Assembly: GCA_963933305.1 (NCBI GenBank)
Contig: CAWVTM010000001.1
Location: forward strand, 1-45,465
Direction: 5' to 3'
Origin: an uncultured bacterium
GTDB taxonomy: Bacteria > Bacteroidota > Bacteroidia > NS11-12g > UBA9320
Length of the DNA: 45,465 nucleotides
Under the pieces are notes generated by a model. The model worked only from the letters and a program-made list of their open reading frames with translations, searched no databases and was not told the DNA's origin. The stretch's first letter is position 1. Every line of letters begins with the position of its first letter. This document shows positions 35,650 to 44,174 of this stretch, in pieces. Made by a program: the position numbers and the translations under genes.

Positions 35650-38203
35650 TTTCTTCTGTTTTTGTATCATTTTCTTCTTTGGTTTCAGTAGAATCTGTAT
35701 CGGAATTATCTATATCTTCAAACTCTGTTTCTTCAAGTTCTTCATCTTCCTCGTCCGCTCTTGGTACTTTGGCTACAGATGCGATGGCGTCCTTGTCTCT
35801 TACTTTAATGAGCCTAACTCCTTGGGTGGCTCTTCCCATTACTCTTACATCTTCCATTTTCATGCGGATAGTGATGCCTAATTTAGTTATGATCATTAGA
35901 TCATTTTCATCAGTTACATCTTTCATGGAGATTAGAGCACCTGTCTTTTCGGTTATACTCAAGGTTTTTACTCCTTTTCCTCCTCTACCAGTAATTCTAT
36001 AATCGTCTATATCCGTGCGTTTTCCGTATCCTTTCTCAGATACTACCATGATAGTGGTATCCTCCTCATTAGAATTTACACAAACCATGCCAATTACTTC
36101 ATCTGTATCACTTTCTAGTCGCACACCTCTTACTCCTGATGCTGTACGTCCCATAGGTCTTACGTTTTCTTCATTGAAGCGTATCGCCTTACCACTTCTC
36201 TTAGCTAGTAGTATTTCTGCGGTTCCGTCTGTAAGTTTAGCTTCTAGTAACTGATCTCCATCCTTTACAGTAATGGCATTGATACCATTTGTTCTAGGTC
36301 TTGAGTATTGCTCCAGTGATGTTTTCTTGATTGTACCATTTTTAGTACACATTACGATGAAATTATTGTTCACGTATTCCTCATCTTTTAGATTACCAGT
36401 AGCTACGAAGGCTCTTACAGTATCATCTATAGGCATATTTATCAAGTTTTGGATAGCTCTACCTTGAGATACCTTACTCCCTACAGGGATTTCGTATACT
36501 TTCATCCAGAAGCATTTACCGGTTTCTGTGAAGAATAGAATGTAATTATGTGTCATAGTCACGAATAGACTCTCTACATAATCCTTATCTCTATGTTTCA
36601 CGCCTTTATTACCTACTCCACCCCTACTTTGGGACTTGTATTCTGTAAGTGGTGTACGTTTTATATAGCCCATGTTAGAGATAGTTACTACCATCTCCTC
36701 GTTTGCTATAAGGTCTTCTATATTAATCTCTCCAGCATCTAGTTCTATCGACGTTCTACGCTCATCTCCGTACTTCTCTTTCATTTCCAGAAGTTCGTCT
36801 TTGATGATTTGCATTCTTCTACCTTCATCTCCTAGAATGTCTTTTAGGTCTGTGATGGTCGCCATTAATTCAGCGTATTCTGCTCTTACCTTATTTATTT
36901 CTAAACCAGTAAGTTTCTGTAGACGCATGTCCAGAATAGCTTTGGATTGGATTTCAGAGAGTTCAAACTCCTTCATCAATCCAGCACGAGCTTCTTCACC
37001 GTTTTTAGATGCTCTGATTAGCTTAATCACTGCATCTAGGTTATCTAGAGCTATGGTAAGTCCTTCTAATATATGAGCACGTTTCAGTGCTTCTTTTAGT
37101 AGGTATTCCGTTCTACGAACTACCACTTCGTGGCGATGATTCACATAATGGAGAATCATGTCACGCAGGTTTAGCATCTCTGGTCTACCTTTTACGAGGG
37201 CTATATTATTTACACTAAAGCTAGTCTGTAGTGGTGTGTATTTGTATAATTTATTGAGTACTATATTTGGTACAGCATCTCTTTTAAGATCAAAAACGAT
37301 TCGAAGACCCTGTCTACCACTCTCGTCTCTTACTTCACTAATCCCTTCTATAACCTTATCATTGACTAAGTCTACTGCTTTTATTATGATTTGGGATGGA
37401 CTGACTTGGAAAGGTACTTCAGTAATGACAATTTGCTCTCTGCCTGTTTTTGTGACATCAAAATCTGCTTTTCCTCGCATTACTATGCGTCCTCTACCCG
37501 TTTCAAAAGCAGATTTCACTCCTTCGGTACCATATATAATACCACCTGTAGGGAAATCTGGAGCTTTCACATACTCCATAAGTCCTGCTACATCTATATC
37601 ATTATTATCTATATATGCTATGGTTCCGTCTATGCACTCACTCAGATTATGAGGAGCCATGTTAGTAGCCATACCTACGGCTATACCAGATGCTCCGTTT
37701 ACCAGTAGATTCGGTATACGTGCTGGAAGTACTGTAGGTTCAGATAAACTGTCATCAAAGTTAGAACGATAATCTACAGTATCTTTATCTATATCTGCGA
37801 GCATCTCTTCGGCAAGTTTTCTCATTCTTGCTTCCGTATATCTCATAGCTGCTGGTGGATCACCATCTATACTACCAAAGTTACCTTGGCCGTCTACCAT
37901 TGGATAACGGAGACTCCAGCTCTGGGCCATTCTCACCATAGCGTCATACACAGAAGTATCTCCGTGCGGGTGATATTTACCTAGGACCTCTCCTACTATT
38001 CTGGCTGATTTTTTATAGGTTCTATTACTGGCTAGTCCCAGATCGGACATACCATACAGCACCCTTCTATGTACTGGCTTGAGACCGTCTCTCACGTCTG
38101 GTAGAGCGCGCGAAACAATAACTGACATCGAATAATCGATGTAAGCAGTTTTCATCTCTTCTTCAATGTTAATTGGAATAATTTTCTCGTTTTCCGAATT
38201 CAT
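35639..38203 (-). CDS. gyrA: DNA gyrase subunit A
   Basis: [16 protein letters not shown], the GKYHPHGD region, the active-site AAMRYTE, and C-terminal beta-pinwheel repeats. The 854-aa protein ends in an acidic tail. Confidence 0.98.
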   Translation of the reverse strand: MNSENEKIIPINIEEEMKTAYIDYSMSVIVSRALPDVRDGLKPVHRRVLYGMSDLGLASNRTYKKSARIVGEVLGKYHPHGDTSVYDAMVRMAQSWSLRYPMVDGQGNFGSIDGDPPAAMRYTEARMRKLAEEMLADIDKDTVDYRSNFDDSLSEPTVLPARIPNLLVNGASGIAVGMATNMAPHNLSECIDGTIAYIDNNDIDVAGLMEYVKAPDFPTGGIIYGTEGVKSAFETGRGRIVMRGKADFDVTKTGREQIVITEVPFQVSPSQIIIKAVDLVNDKVIEGISEVRDESGRQGLRIVFDLKRDAVPNIVLNKLYKYTPLQTSFSVNNIALVKGRPEMLNLRDMILHYVNHRHEVVVRRTEYLLKEALKRAHILEGLTIALDNLDAVIKLIRASKNGEEARAGLMKEFELSEIQSKAILDMRLQKLTGLEINKVRAEYAELMATITDLKDILGDEGRRMQIIKDELLEMKEKYGDERRTSIELDAGEINIEDLIANEEMVVTISNMGYIKRTPLTEYKSQSRGGVGNKGVKHRDKDYVESLFVTMTHNYILFFTETGKCFWMKVYEIPVGSKVSQGRAIQNLINMPIDDTVRAFVATGNLKDEEYVNNNFIVMCTKNGTIKKTSLEQYSRPRTNGINAITVKDGDQLLEAKLTDGTAEILLAKRSGKAIRFNEENVRPMGRTASGVRGVRLESDTDEVIGMVCVNSNEEDTTIMVVSEKGYGKRTDIDDYRITGRGGKGVKTLSITEKTGALISMKDVTDENDLMIITKLGITIRMKMEDVRVMGRATQGVRLIKVRDKDAIASVAKVPRADEEDEELEETEFEDIDNSDTDSTETKEENDTKTEENED

Positions 38204-38873
38204 CTGTTTGACATTAGTTTAAAGTGTGCAATCTATAAGCAAAAGACTAATGCTAGTGCTATAACAACAGTAAAATACCCACAAATAATCTTCATAATTG
38301 GGGATAAATTGAGGAGTGTATGTTTTGGATTGATATTTGAGTAAATAAGTACTCTATCGATAATGATTTTAAACATTAAACTGGAGAATTAGAAGTTAAT
38401 CGATGCTTACAAGACATCGAATAACGATTTGTCGTTAATCGATGGTTAATCAAGGTAACTGCATTAAGGTTTACAAGGAGTGAAATGAAGGATTAAGAGC
38501 TCTATTTTGGGATTTTTAACACGGACTGAGTGGTTTAAGACCGAGAGATTATTGTGAGTAATATACATCAAGTTTTAGGCATAAATGTAGCCAGTCAGTT
38601 TGTGGCTGAAAATCACAACCTTTGCTAGGCCAAGCCTAACTTGCCGCAGACAGGAATTTATAACGACAAAATTGATGATACAGAATCAGAACAGTCCTGG
38701 TGTTTGATGACTTAATCCGTATAAGTACAGGATTAAGTGTACGTAAGTTTTTTGTAGAATATGAAACCTTGGTGAATTAAAATAAAGGCTGGAGCAACAT
38801 TATGGCATAACCAATTCTCCACCGAATTTGAAGCCAATATTTTAAAAATACGTAATGTTTTAAGTTTTAATAG

Positions 38874-39701
38874 CTATTTAATCACTGTTGAAAATATCAC
38901 TTTCAGCATTCTATTCTTCTCTTGAAAATCTAGCTTCCACTCAAAGTTATACTCGTTTTGGGTAAGCCAAGTATCAAGGTCATTCCGGTAAAACTCACTC
39001 GTCTCAAAATAGCAGGTAGTCTTCTTTTTACTAGCGAGTTGCAGTATTCTCTTATAAAATAATAATGGGTCCGTATCATCCACAAATAAGGCTAAAAGAG
39101 GCTCATAATCCAATACGTTTTTATGCATTTTATCTTTCTCTGACTTAGCTATATATGGAGGGTTACTAATAATAATATCATATGTATCTATTTCCTCTTT
39201 TAGAATGTCTTTGTAAAAAAAGGTGACCTCTAGCTTTTGTTCTTTGCCATTTCGCTGAGCTACTGCTAGAGCTTCCGTACTTATATCGCAGCCGCTTAAG
39301 CGGGCCTGTGGCCAATGTTTTTTTAATGCTAGAGGTATACAACCACTTCCGGTTCCTATATCTATCACAGAACCGCTAAAGGCTGGATTGTCTTCTAGTA
39401 TCCAGTGCACGAGCTCCTCAGTCTCGGGACGTGGTATCAGTACATTTTCATCTACGTATAAATCTAGTCCATAAAAAGGAGCGTCGCCAAGCACATACTG
39501 CACAGGTTTACCTTCTATCAGATTACTGAGCAATTCTACGTAGGTATCTCCTATCATTGTTTCCTGACCGAGTAATACAGCAGTTTTAGATTTCCTTTCT
39601 AGGTAATAGAGGACGATATAAAAGATATTCTCCGCCTCACTTAGTCGGTAAAGCTTGGTTAGCTTATCGGTGTAGAGTGCTTTAAGTAGTGATAATTGCA
39701 T
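38874..39701 (-). CDS. prmC: Release-factor glutamine N5-methyltransferase
   Basis: SAM motif VIDIGTGSGCI and catalytic IISNPPYI. Start moved to the ATG at 39701 because the track TTG (39710) lies inside the -7 box. Confidence 0.88.
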   Translation of the reverse strand: MQLSLLKALYTDKLTKLYRLSEAENIFYIVLYYLERKSKTAVLLGQETMIGDTYVELLSNLIEGKPVQYVLGDAPFYGLDLYVDENVLIPRPETEELVHWILEDNPAFSGSVIDIGTGSGCIPLALKKHWPQARLSGCDISTEALAVAQRNGKEQKLEVTFFYKDILKEEIDTYDIIISNPPYIAKSEKDKMHKNVLDYEPLLALFVDDTDPLLFYKRILQLASKKKTTCYFETSEFYRNDLDTWLTQNEYNFEWKLDFQEKNRMLKVIFSTVIK

Positions 39702-39707
39702 AGCTTT

Positions 39708-39715
39708 CAAAGGTA
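39708..39715 (-). promoter_or_regulatory. -7 promoter box TACCTTTG (prmC)
   Basis: The plus strand reads CAAAGGTA. The box is 6 nt upstream of the ATG at 39701. Confidence 0.5.
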
Positions 39716-39772
39716 AGTGAGGGTATTTGTAAATTCTATAATACTTGACCTACTTATGTCAACTATTGCCCT

Positions 39773-39780
39773 TAGTTTTG
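39773..39780 (+). promoter_or_regulatory. -7 promoter box TAGTTTTG (ribD operon)
   Basis: Exact TAnnTTTG match. In-frame candidate starts follow at TTG 39785, GTG 39791 and ATG 39806. Confidence 0.45.
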
Positions 39781-39784
39781 CACC

Positions 39785-40810
39785 TTGTTAGTGGATGAGA
39801 AATACATGTTACGCTGCTTAGAGTTAGCTGCTCTGGGTGAACTCTACACCGCTCCTAATCCTATGGTAGGTTGTGTAATAGTGTATAAAGGTGAAATAGT
39901 AGCAGAGGGTTATCATCATAGATATGGGGATGCTCACGCAGAAGTCAATGCATTTAAGAATCTACCAGAGTATATAGATAGCACTAAATGCACGGTATAT
40001 GTAAGTTTAGAGCCTTGCTCCCATTATGGTAAAACTCCTCCGTGTGCAAATCTATTGGTAGATAAAAAACCCAAAAGAGTAGTGATAGGCATGCTAGATC
40101 CTAATAGTAAAGTATGCGGAAAGGGAATGAAAAAACTGCTAGAAGCAGGCATAAATATAAGTGTGGGAATTTTGGAAGATGCGTGTAAAGCACTCAATAA
40201 GAAATTTATCAAAGCACATACTACTCAGCTACCATTCGTGACTCTCAAGTGGGCTGAAACAGCCAACGGTTTTATGGCCAGAGATACTGACGATAAGCGT
40301 TCTGCTAAAATAAGTGATATTGTAAATAACGCATTAGTACATCAACTAAGAGCTACACACCAAGCTATATTAGCAGGTGCTAATACTATCAATACAGATA
40401 CTCCAAAACTGAATATACGTGATGTAGAAGGTCGTAATCCAATTAAGATTGTTCTTTCTGAGAAACTCAATATTAATCTAGATTCTAAGACCTTAACAGA
40501 AGGTAAAACGCTTATATACAATGCCATAAGAAGCGAAATGACGGAGAACTATGAATTAATTAAAATCAAAAAATGTACATTACACAATGTTTTGGCAGAT
40601 ATGCACTCACGCGATATTCATAGCGTACTAGTTGAAGGTGGCTCTCAAGTCTTAGCTTCTTTCGTAGAGGATAAAGTATGGGACGAAGCTGTAATTTTAA
40701 AATCATCTACCCGATGGGAAAATGGTATAAAAGCTCCTTGGCTAGGAATACCTAGTACAAAAGAAAAAACAAGCGGTAACGATACTATCAAATACTTTCT
40801 ATCAAAATAA
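39785..40810 (+). CDS. ribD: Bifunctional riboflavin-biosynthesis deaminase/reductase
   Basis: Deaminase zinc site GYHHRYGDAHAEVNA...SLEPCSHYGKTPPC, followed by the reductase half. The start codon is uncertain among 39785, 39791 and 39806. Confidence 0.9.
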   Translation: MLVDEKYMLRCLELAALGELYTAPNPMVGCVIVYKGEIVAEGYHHRYGDAHAEVNAFKNLPEYIDSTKCTVYVSLEPCSHYGKTPPCANLLVDKKPKRVVIGMLDPNSKVCGKGMKKLLEAGINISVGILEDACKALNKKFIKAHTTQLPFVTLKWAETANGFMARDTDDKRSAKISDIVNNALVHQLRATHQAILAGANTINTDTPKLNIRDVEGRNPIKIVLSEKLNINLDSKTLTEGKTLIYNAIRSEMTENYELIKIKKCTLHNVLADMHSRDIHSVLVEGGSQVLASFVEDKVWDEAVILKSSTRWENGIKAPWLGIPSTKEKTSGNDTIKYFLSK

Positions 40811-41676
40811 TGGCTATAACCTTTCTTATTCTAAGCATTTGCTTTAGCACTTTTATAAACCTTATTTTCAGGTGGTTTAAGGATCATAAGGTCAATAAGT
40901 TTCAAGCTATATTGGTAAATTACGTGGTCTGTTTCAGTATAGGTTTCTCTTTGTCGGAAGATCAAAATATTCTAGAAAATATACAAAGCACTTGGTTTCC
41001 CTACTGTATCCTTCTGGGATTTGTATTCGTAGCTATATTTTTCTCTATGGCTCTCACCACAGAGAAAATGGGCATAAGCGTAACAGCTGTGAGTGGTAAA
41101 ATGTCAGTTGTCATTCCTATTTTATTCGCATATTTTTTTTATAGTGAGACACTTAGCATCTTATTCTTGTTAGGACTAGTACTGTCTTTATTGAGTATTT
41201 ACTTCATTAGTGTTAAAAAAGACCTTCATATCGATCGTAAACATATAATCCTGCCTATTGTAGTGTTTTTAGGTGGCGGTATCATAGATACGTGTCTCAA
41301 TGTGATCGAAACTACATTTGGATCAGAAGTATCCATGGAGACTATTTCCTATTCTATTTTTCTTGGAGCATTTATGGCAGGTCTACTGCTATTTATCATC
41401 CGGAATAAGGGAAACTTTATGACTTTCGAAAAGAAAAGTATAATTGCAGGCCTTGCACTCGGTATCCCTAATTATTTCTCCATATTTTTCGTTCTTAGTG
41501 CTATCGCTAGCTTCCCAAATAAAAGTGCTTTAGTTTTTGGTATTAATAATATAGGTATAGTGCTCATAAGTACCATCCTATCGGTACTTATATTCAAAGA
41601 AAAACTAAGCTTTGGTAATAAAGTAGGCTTAGTATTAGCCATAATCTCTATAGCAATAATAGCGTATGCCAGCTGA
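40810..41676 (+). CDS. EamA/DMT-superfamily transporter
   Basis: 288 aa with about 10 TM helices in two similar halves. The ATG overlaps the ribD stop (TAATG). Confidence 0.6.
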   Translation: MAITFLILSICFSTFINLIFRWFKDHKVNKFQAILVNYVVCFSIGFSLSEDQNILENIQSTWFPYCILLGFVFVAIFFSMALTTEKMGISVTAVSGKMSVVIPILFAYFFYSETLSILFLLGLVLSLLSIYFISVKKDLHIDRKHIILPIVVFLGGGIIDTCLNVIETTFGSEVSMETISYSIFLGAFMAGLLLFIIRNKGNFMTFEKKSIIAGLALGIPNYFSIFFVLSAIASFPNKSALVFGINNIGIVLISTILSVLIFKEKLSFGNKVGLVLAIISIAIIAYAS

Positions 41677-42256
41677 TACCTACAGAGGCATATCAAAATC
41701 ATATCAAAGCGAACATAAAGCAAGCGGTAGTAAGTTTTATGGATACTTATTTCCTGTAGAATCTGCAGATGCTTTTGATCTAAAAATAAAGGAATTTAAG
41801 AATGAGTTTGCAGATGCCACGCACGTATGCTCTGGATGTGTGATAGGTGTAGACAGGGAGTATCAGCGATTTAGTGATGATGGTGAACCCAGTAATAGTA
41901 GCGGTAGACCTATTCTTCACGCTCTTTTATCTGCGGAGGTCAGCTACATAGGATGTGCAGTAGTGAGATATTACGGTGGTAAGAAGCTAGGTATTCCTGG
42001 ACTCATAGAGTCTTATGGTGGAGCGGCTCAGTTATGCATAGAAGATGCTGAAATTAAAGAATTAGTGCTCAAGGTGAGTATACTGTGTGTGGTACGTTCA
42101 GATATGGCGTATCACTTGTATAATTTTTTAGCTAGGAAAAAAGAAGTCACCTATACTACAAATGATACTGGTCAGTTTACACTAGTCTGTTCTAAAAGTG
42201 TGACCTCTGAGTTACAGAAAGAGTTGCAAAATATTCCTACCTTAGTAGTCTTATAA
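41666..42256 (+). CDS. YigZ/IMPACT-family (UPF0029) protein
   Basis: ATHVCSGCVIG...FSDDGEPSNSSGRPIL...VVRYYGGKKLGIPGLIESYG. Overlaps the upstream gene by 11 nt. Confidence 0.8.
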   Translation: MPADTYRGISKSYQSEHKASGSKFYGYLFPVESADAFDLKIKEFKNEFADATHVCSGCVIGVDREYQRFSDDGEPSNSSGRPILHALLSAEVSYIGCAVVRYYGGKKLGIPGLIESYGGAAQLCIEDAEIKELVLKVSILCVVRSDMAYHLYNFLARKKEVTYTTNDTGQFTLVCSKSVTSELQKELQNIPTLVVL

Positions 42257-43929
42257 TGAAGATAGTATATATCATCCTCACCCTACTGATAGGGATACAA
42301 ACAGTACACGGGCAAGAAATAGTGATTCCTACAGCTGCAAGTCACGTTGGAACAAGCAGTGCTGCCGCACATAATGCTGCTGATATGCATACGCTCATAT
42401 CCTCAGAAGTAAAGCTACCACTGCACAGTGAGTTGGTTCAGACCTACAAAATAGAAAGTCCGTTTGCTACACATTATACCTACCAGCAAGTCACTAACGA
42501 GTTACCCGTAGAGCATGCAGGTGTTAAATTACACCTACGCGATAATGGTCAGTATTCGATAGAGAACTATGTGTACTTTGATATTAGTAAAGCACACTTT
42601 AGCGGAGCTAATGCTTGGCTCCCAGCCTCAGATGGAGCTATAGCGGTAAAAAAAGAATTAGTAATGCACGGAGGAGTAGCAGAAATCGTGTATACCAATG
42701 AGTATGGCGTGGTCATCTACTCTAAAGACCCACTGAAATATATAAAGCGTGATACTACTATTTTTGTAAAGGTATTTATGCTGAATCCTATAAACTCCTC
42801 TGGTCAAGGCTATGGAGGCTCTATTAGTGATAATAATGACCTATCTAACTCTACGTTAGACTCGCAAATGTTCTGGCAGATGACCGATGCTAAAGTATCT
42901 AATGATACAATATACTTAGAGTCAGAGTTTTTGAAATTTGCTGATATTTCGGCTCCTTTTGATAGTAGCTTTTTTTCGTTGAATGATTCACTGACGTTTT
43001 CTAGAGATAAGGGCGACTTTGAGTGTATAAATGTATACTACCATATCAATGAAATGGGGAAGTACATTAAAAGACTAGGATATGATTCCCTACTAAAACA
43101 GCTAATTGTGGATGTTCATGCATTTGGCAATGCCGATAATTCAGCTTACAGTCCATTGGGCCATACGCTTCAGTTTGGGGAAGGAGGGATAGATGATGCG
43201 GAGGACGGTGAAGTGGTAATACACGAATTCACACATTCTTTAAGCGAATTAGCTTCTCCTAATAATACAGTGGGGAATCAGCGAAGAGCAATGGAGGAAG
43301 GATCTTGTGACTATCTTGCCAAAGCATATAGCAGAACTCTCAATGATAATACACCGGATAAGGTGTTTAGCTGGGACGGAAATCTAACATGGAATGGGAT
43401 ACCAATAAATACCCAAAGAACCTACCCCAATGACCTGAAAAATAATACGGATGGTGATAGAGATATGTGGAGCAGTGCCTTGATGTGTATTCATGATAAG
43501 ATTGGTCGTGAAGCTACGGATAGTCTTCTTCTCGAACACTTTTTTTATCAAGGAGCCAATACCACTATGGTAGATATGGCTGAAGTCATTATTGATATAG
43601 ACAAGGAAGACTTTAATAGTAAGTACTACAGTAGCCTAAAAAACTGTTTTGTAGATGCAGGTTTTATTTCACGAGTTTCTGTGGCTGAAGTAAACGAAAC
43701 ACCTTATAAGATTATAAATCAGCAGGGTTTTGCATCTGGAGAAGCTGATCTGCGTGTGGAGTTACCACGAGAAGTATCTATGGATGTATATGATGTACAG
43801 GGGCACTTACTTAAAACACTATCAGCACGAACATCTCATACGCTAAAAGCAAACGATTATTCAAAAGGAATGTATGTACTTCGTTTTGTTAGTGATGGAG
43901 ATTTATTTAGTCAAAAGATAATAAGATAA
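42256..43929 (+). CDS. Secreted divergent gluzincin-type metalloprotease with a T9SS type A sorting domain
   Basis: Has a signal peptide. HEFTH is at 43222-43236, with MEEGSCDY 21 residues after the second His. This parallels HEYGH...GEGWSDF in the M36 protease of this window. The C-terminal sorting domain is described in the next feature. The family assignment is tentative. Confidence 0.65.
   Translation: MKIVYIILTLLIGIQTVHGQEIVIPTAASHVGTSSAAAHNAADMHTLISSEVKLPLHSELVQTYKIESPFATHYTYQQVTNELPVEHAGVKLHLRDNGQYSIENYVYFDISKAHFSGANAWLPASDGAIAVKKELVMHGGVAEIVYTNEYGVVIYSKDPLKYIKRDTTIFVKVFMLNPINSSGQGYGGSISDNNDLSNSTLDSQMFWQMTDAKVSNDTIYLESEFLKFADISAPFDSSFFSLNDSLTFSRDKGDFECINVYYHINEMGKYIKRLGYDSLLKQLIVDVHAFGNADNSAYSPLGHTLQFGEGGIDDAEDGEVVIHEFTHSLSELASPNNTVGNQRRAMEEGSCDYLAKAYSRTLNDNTPDKVFSWDGNLTWNGIPINTQRTYPNDLKNNTDGDRDMWSSALMCIHDKIGREATDSLLLEHFFYQGANTTMVDMAEVIIDIDKEDFNSKYYSSLKNCFVDAGFISRVSVAEVNETPYKIINQQGFASGEADLRVELPREVSMDVYDVQGHLLKTLSARTSHTLKANDYSKGMYVLRFVSDGDLFSQKIIR
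43705..43926 (+). other. T9SS type A C-terminal sorting domain
   Basis: VSMDVYDVQGHLLKTL...YSKGMYVLRFVSDGDLFSQKIIR. Confidence 0.7.
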
Positions 43930-43934
43930 TTAAA

Positions 43935-44174
43935 ATGTGGGAAGAAAATAACAATGCCTTAGTTAGAGAGTTTAAATTCTCGGACTTCAAATCAGCTATG
44001 AGTTTCATGCAGGAGTGTATTACTCCTATAGAAGCTATAAATCATCATCCGGAGTGGAGTAATGTATATAATAAGGTCACTATTAGACTAACTACTCACG
44101 ATGAGGGAAATACCATTACCGAAAAAGACCGCAAACTTGCACTAGAAATAGATCGTGTGTATTGTCAATACTGA
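43935..44174 (+). CDS. 4a-hydroxytetrahydrobiopterin (pterin-4-alpha-carbinolamine) dehydratase
   Basis: 79 aa with F.DF..A..F and the INHHPEW motif, followed by V.I.L.THD. Confidence 0.85.
   Translation: MWEENNNALVREFKFSDFKSAMSFMQECITPIEAINHHPEWSNVYNKVTIRLTTHDEGNTITEKDRKLALEIDRVYCQY

Noticed and set aside
35679-37708. Several plus-strand ORFs of 64-164 aa (35679..36002, 36015..36254, 36273..36467, 36672..37076, 37158..37652, 37391..37708).
   Set aside because: All lie antisense within the unambiguous gyrA gene. They are S/L/I-rich and low-complexity, with no motifs, as expected for antisense frames of an AT-rich gene.
38204-38873. The long AT-rich spacer next to gyrA as a chromosomal replication origin (oriC).
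   Set aside because: I found only one near-consensus DnaA box (TGGGGATAA at 38299-38307, 1 mismatch) and a few sites with 2 mismatches. There is no cluster of boxes, and no dnaA or dnaN nearby.
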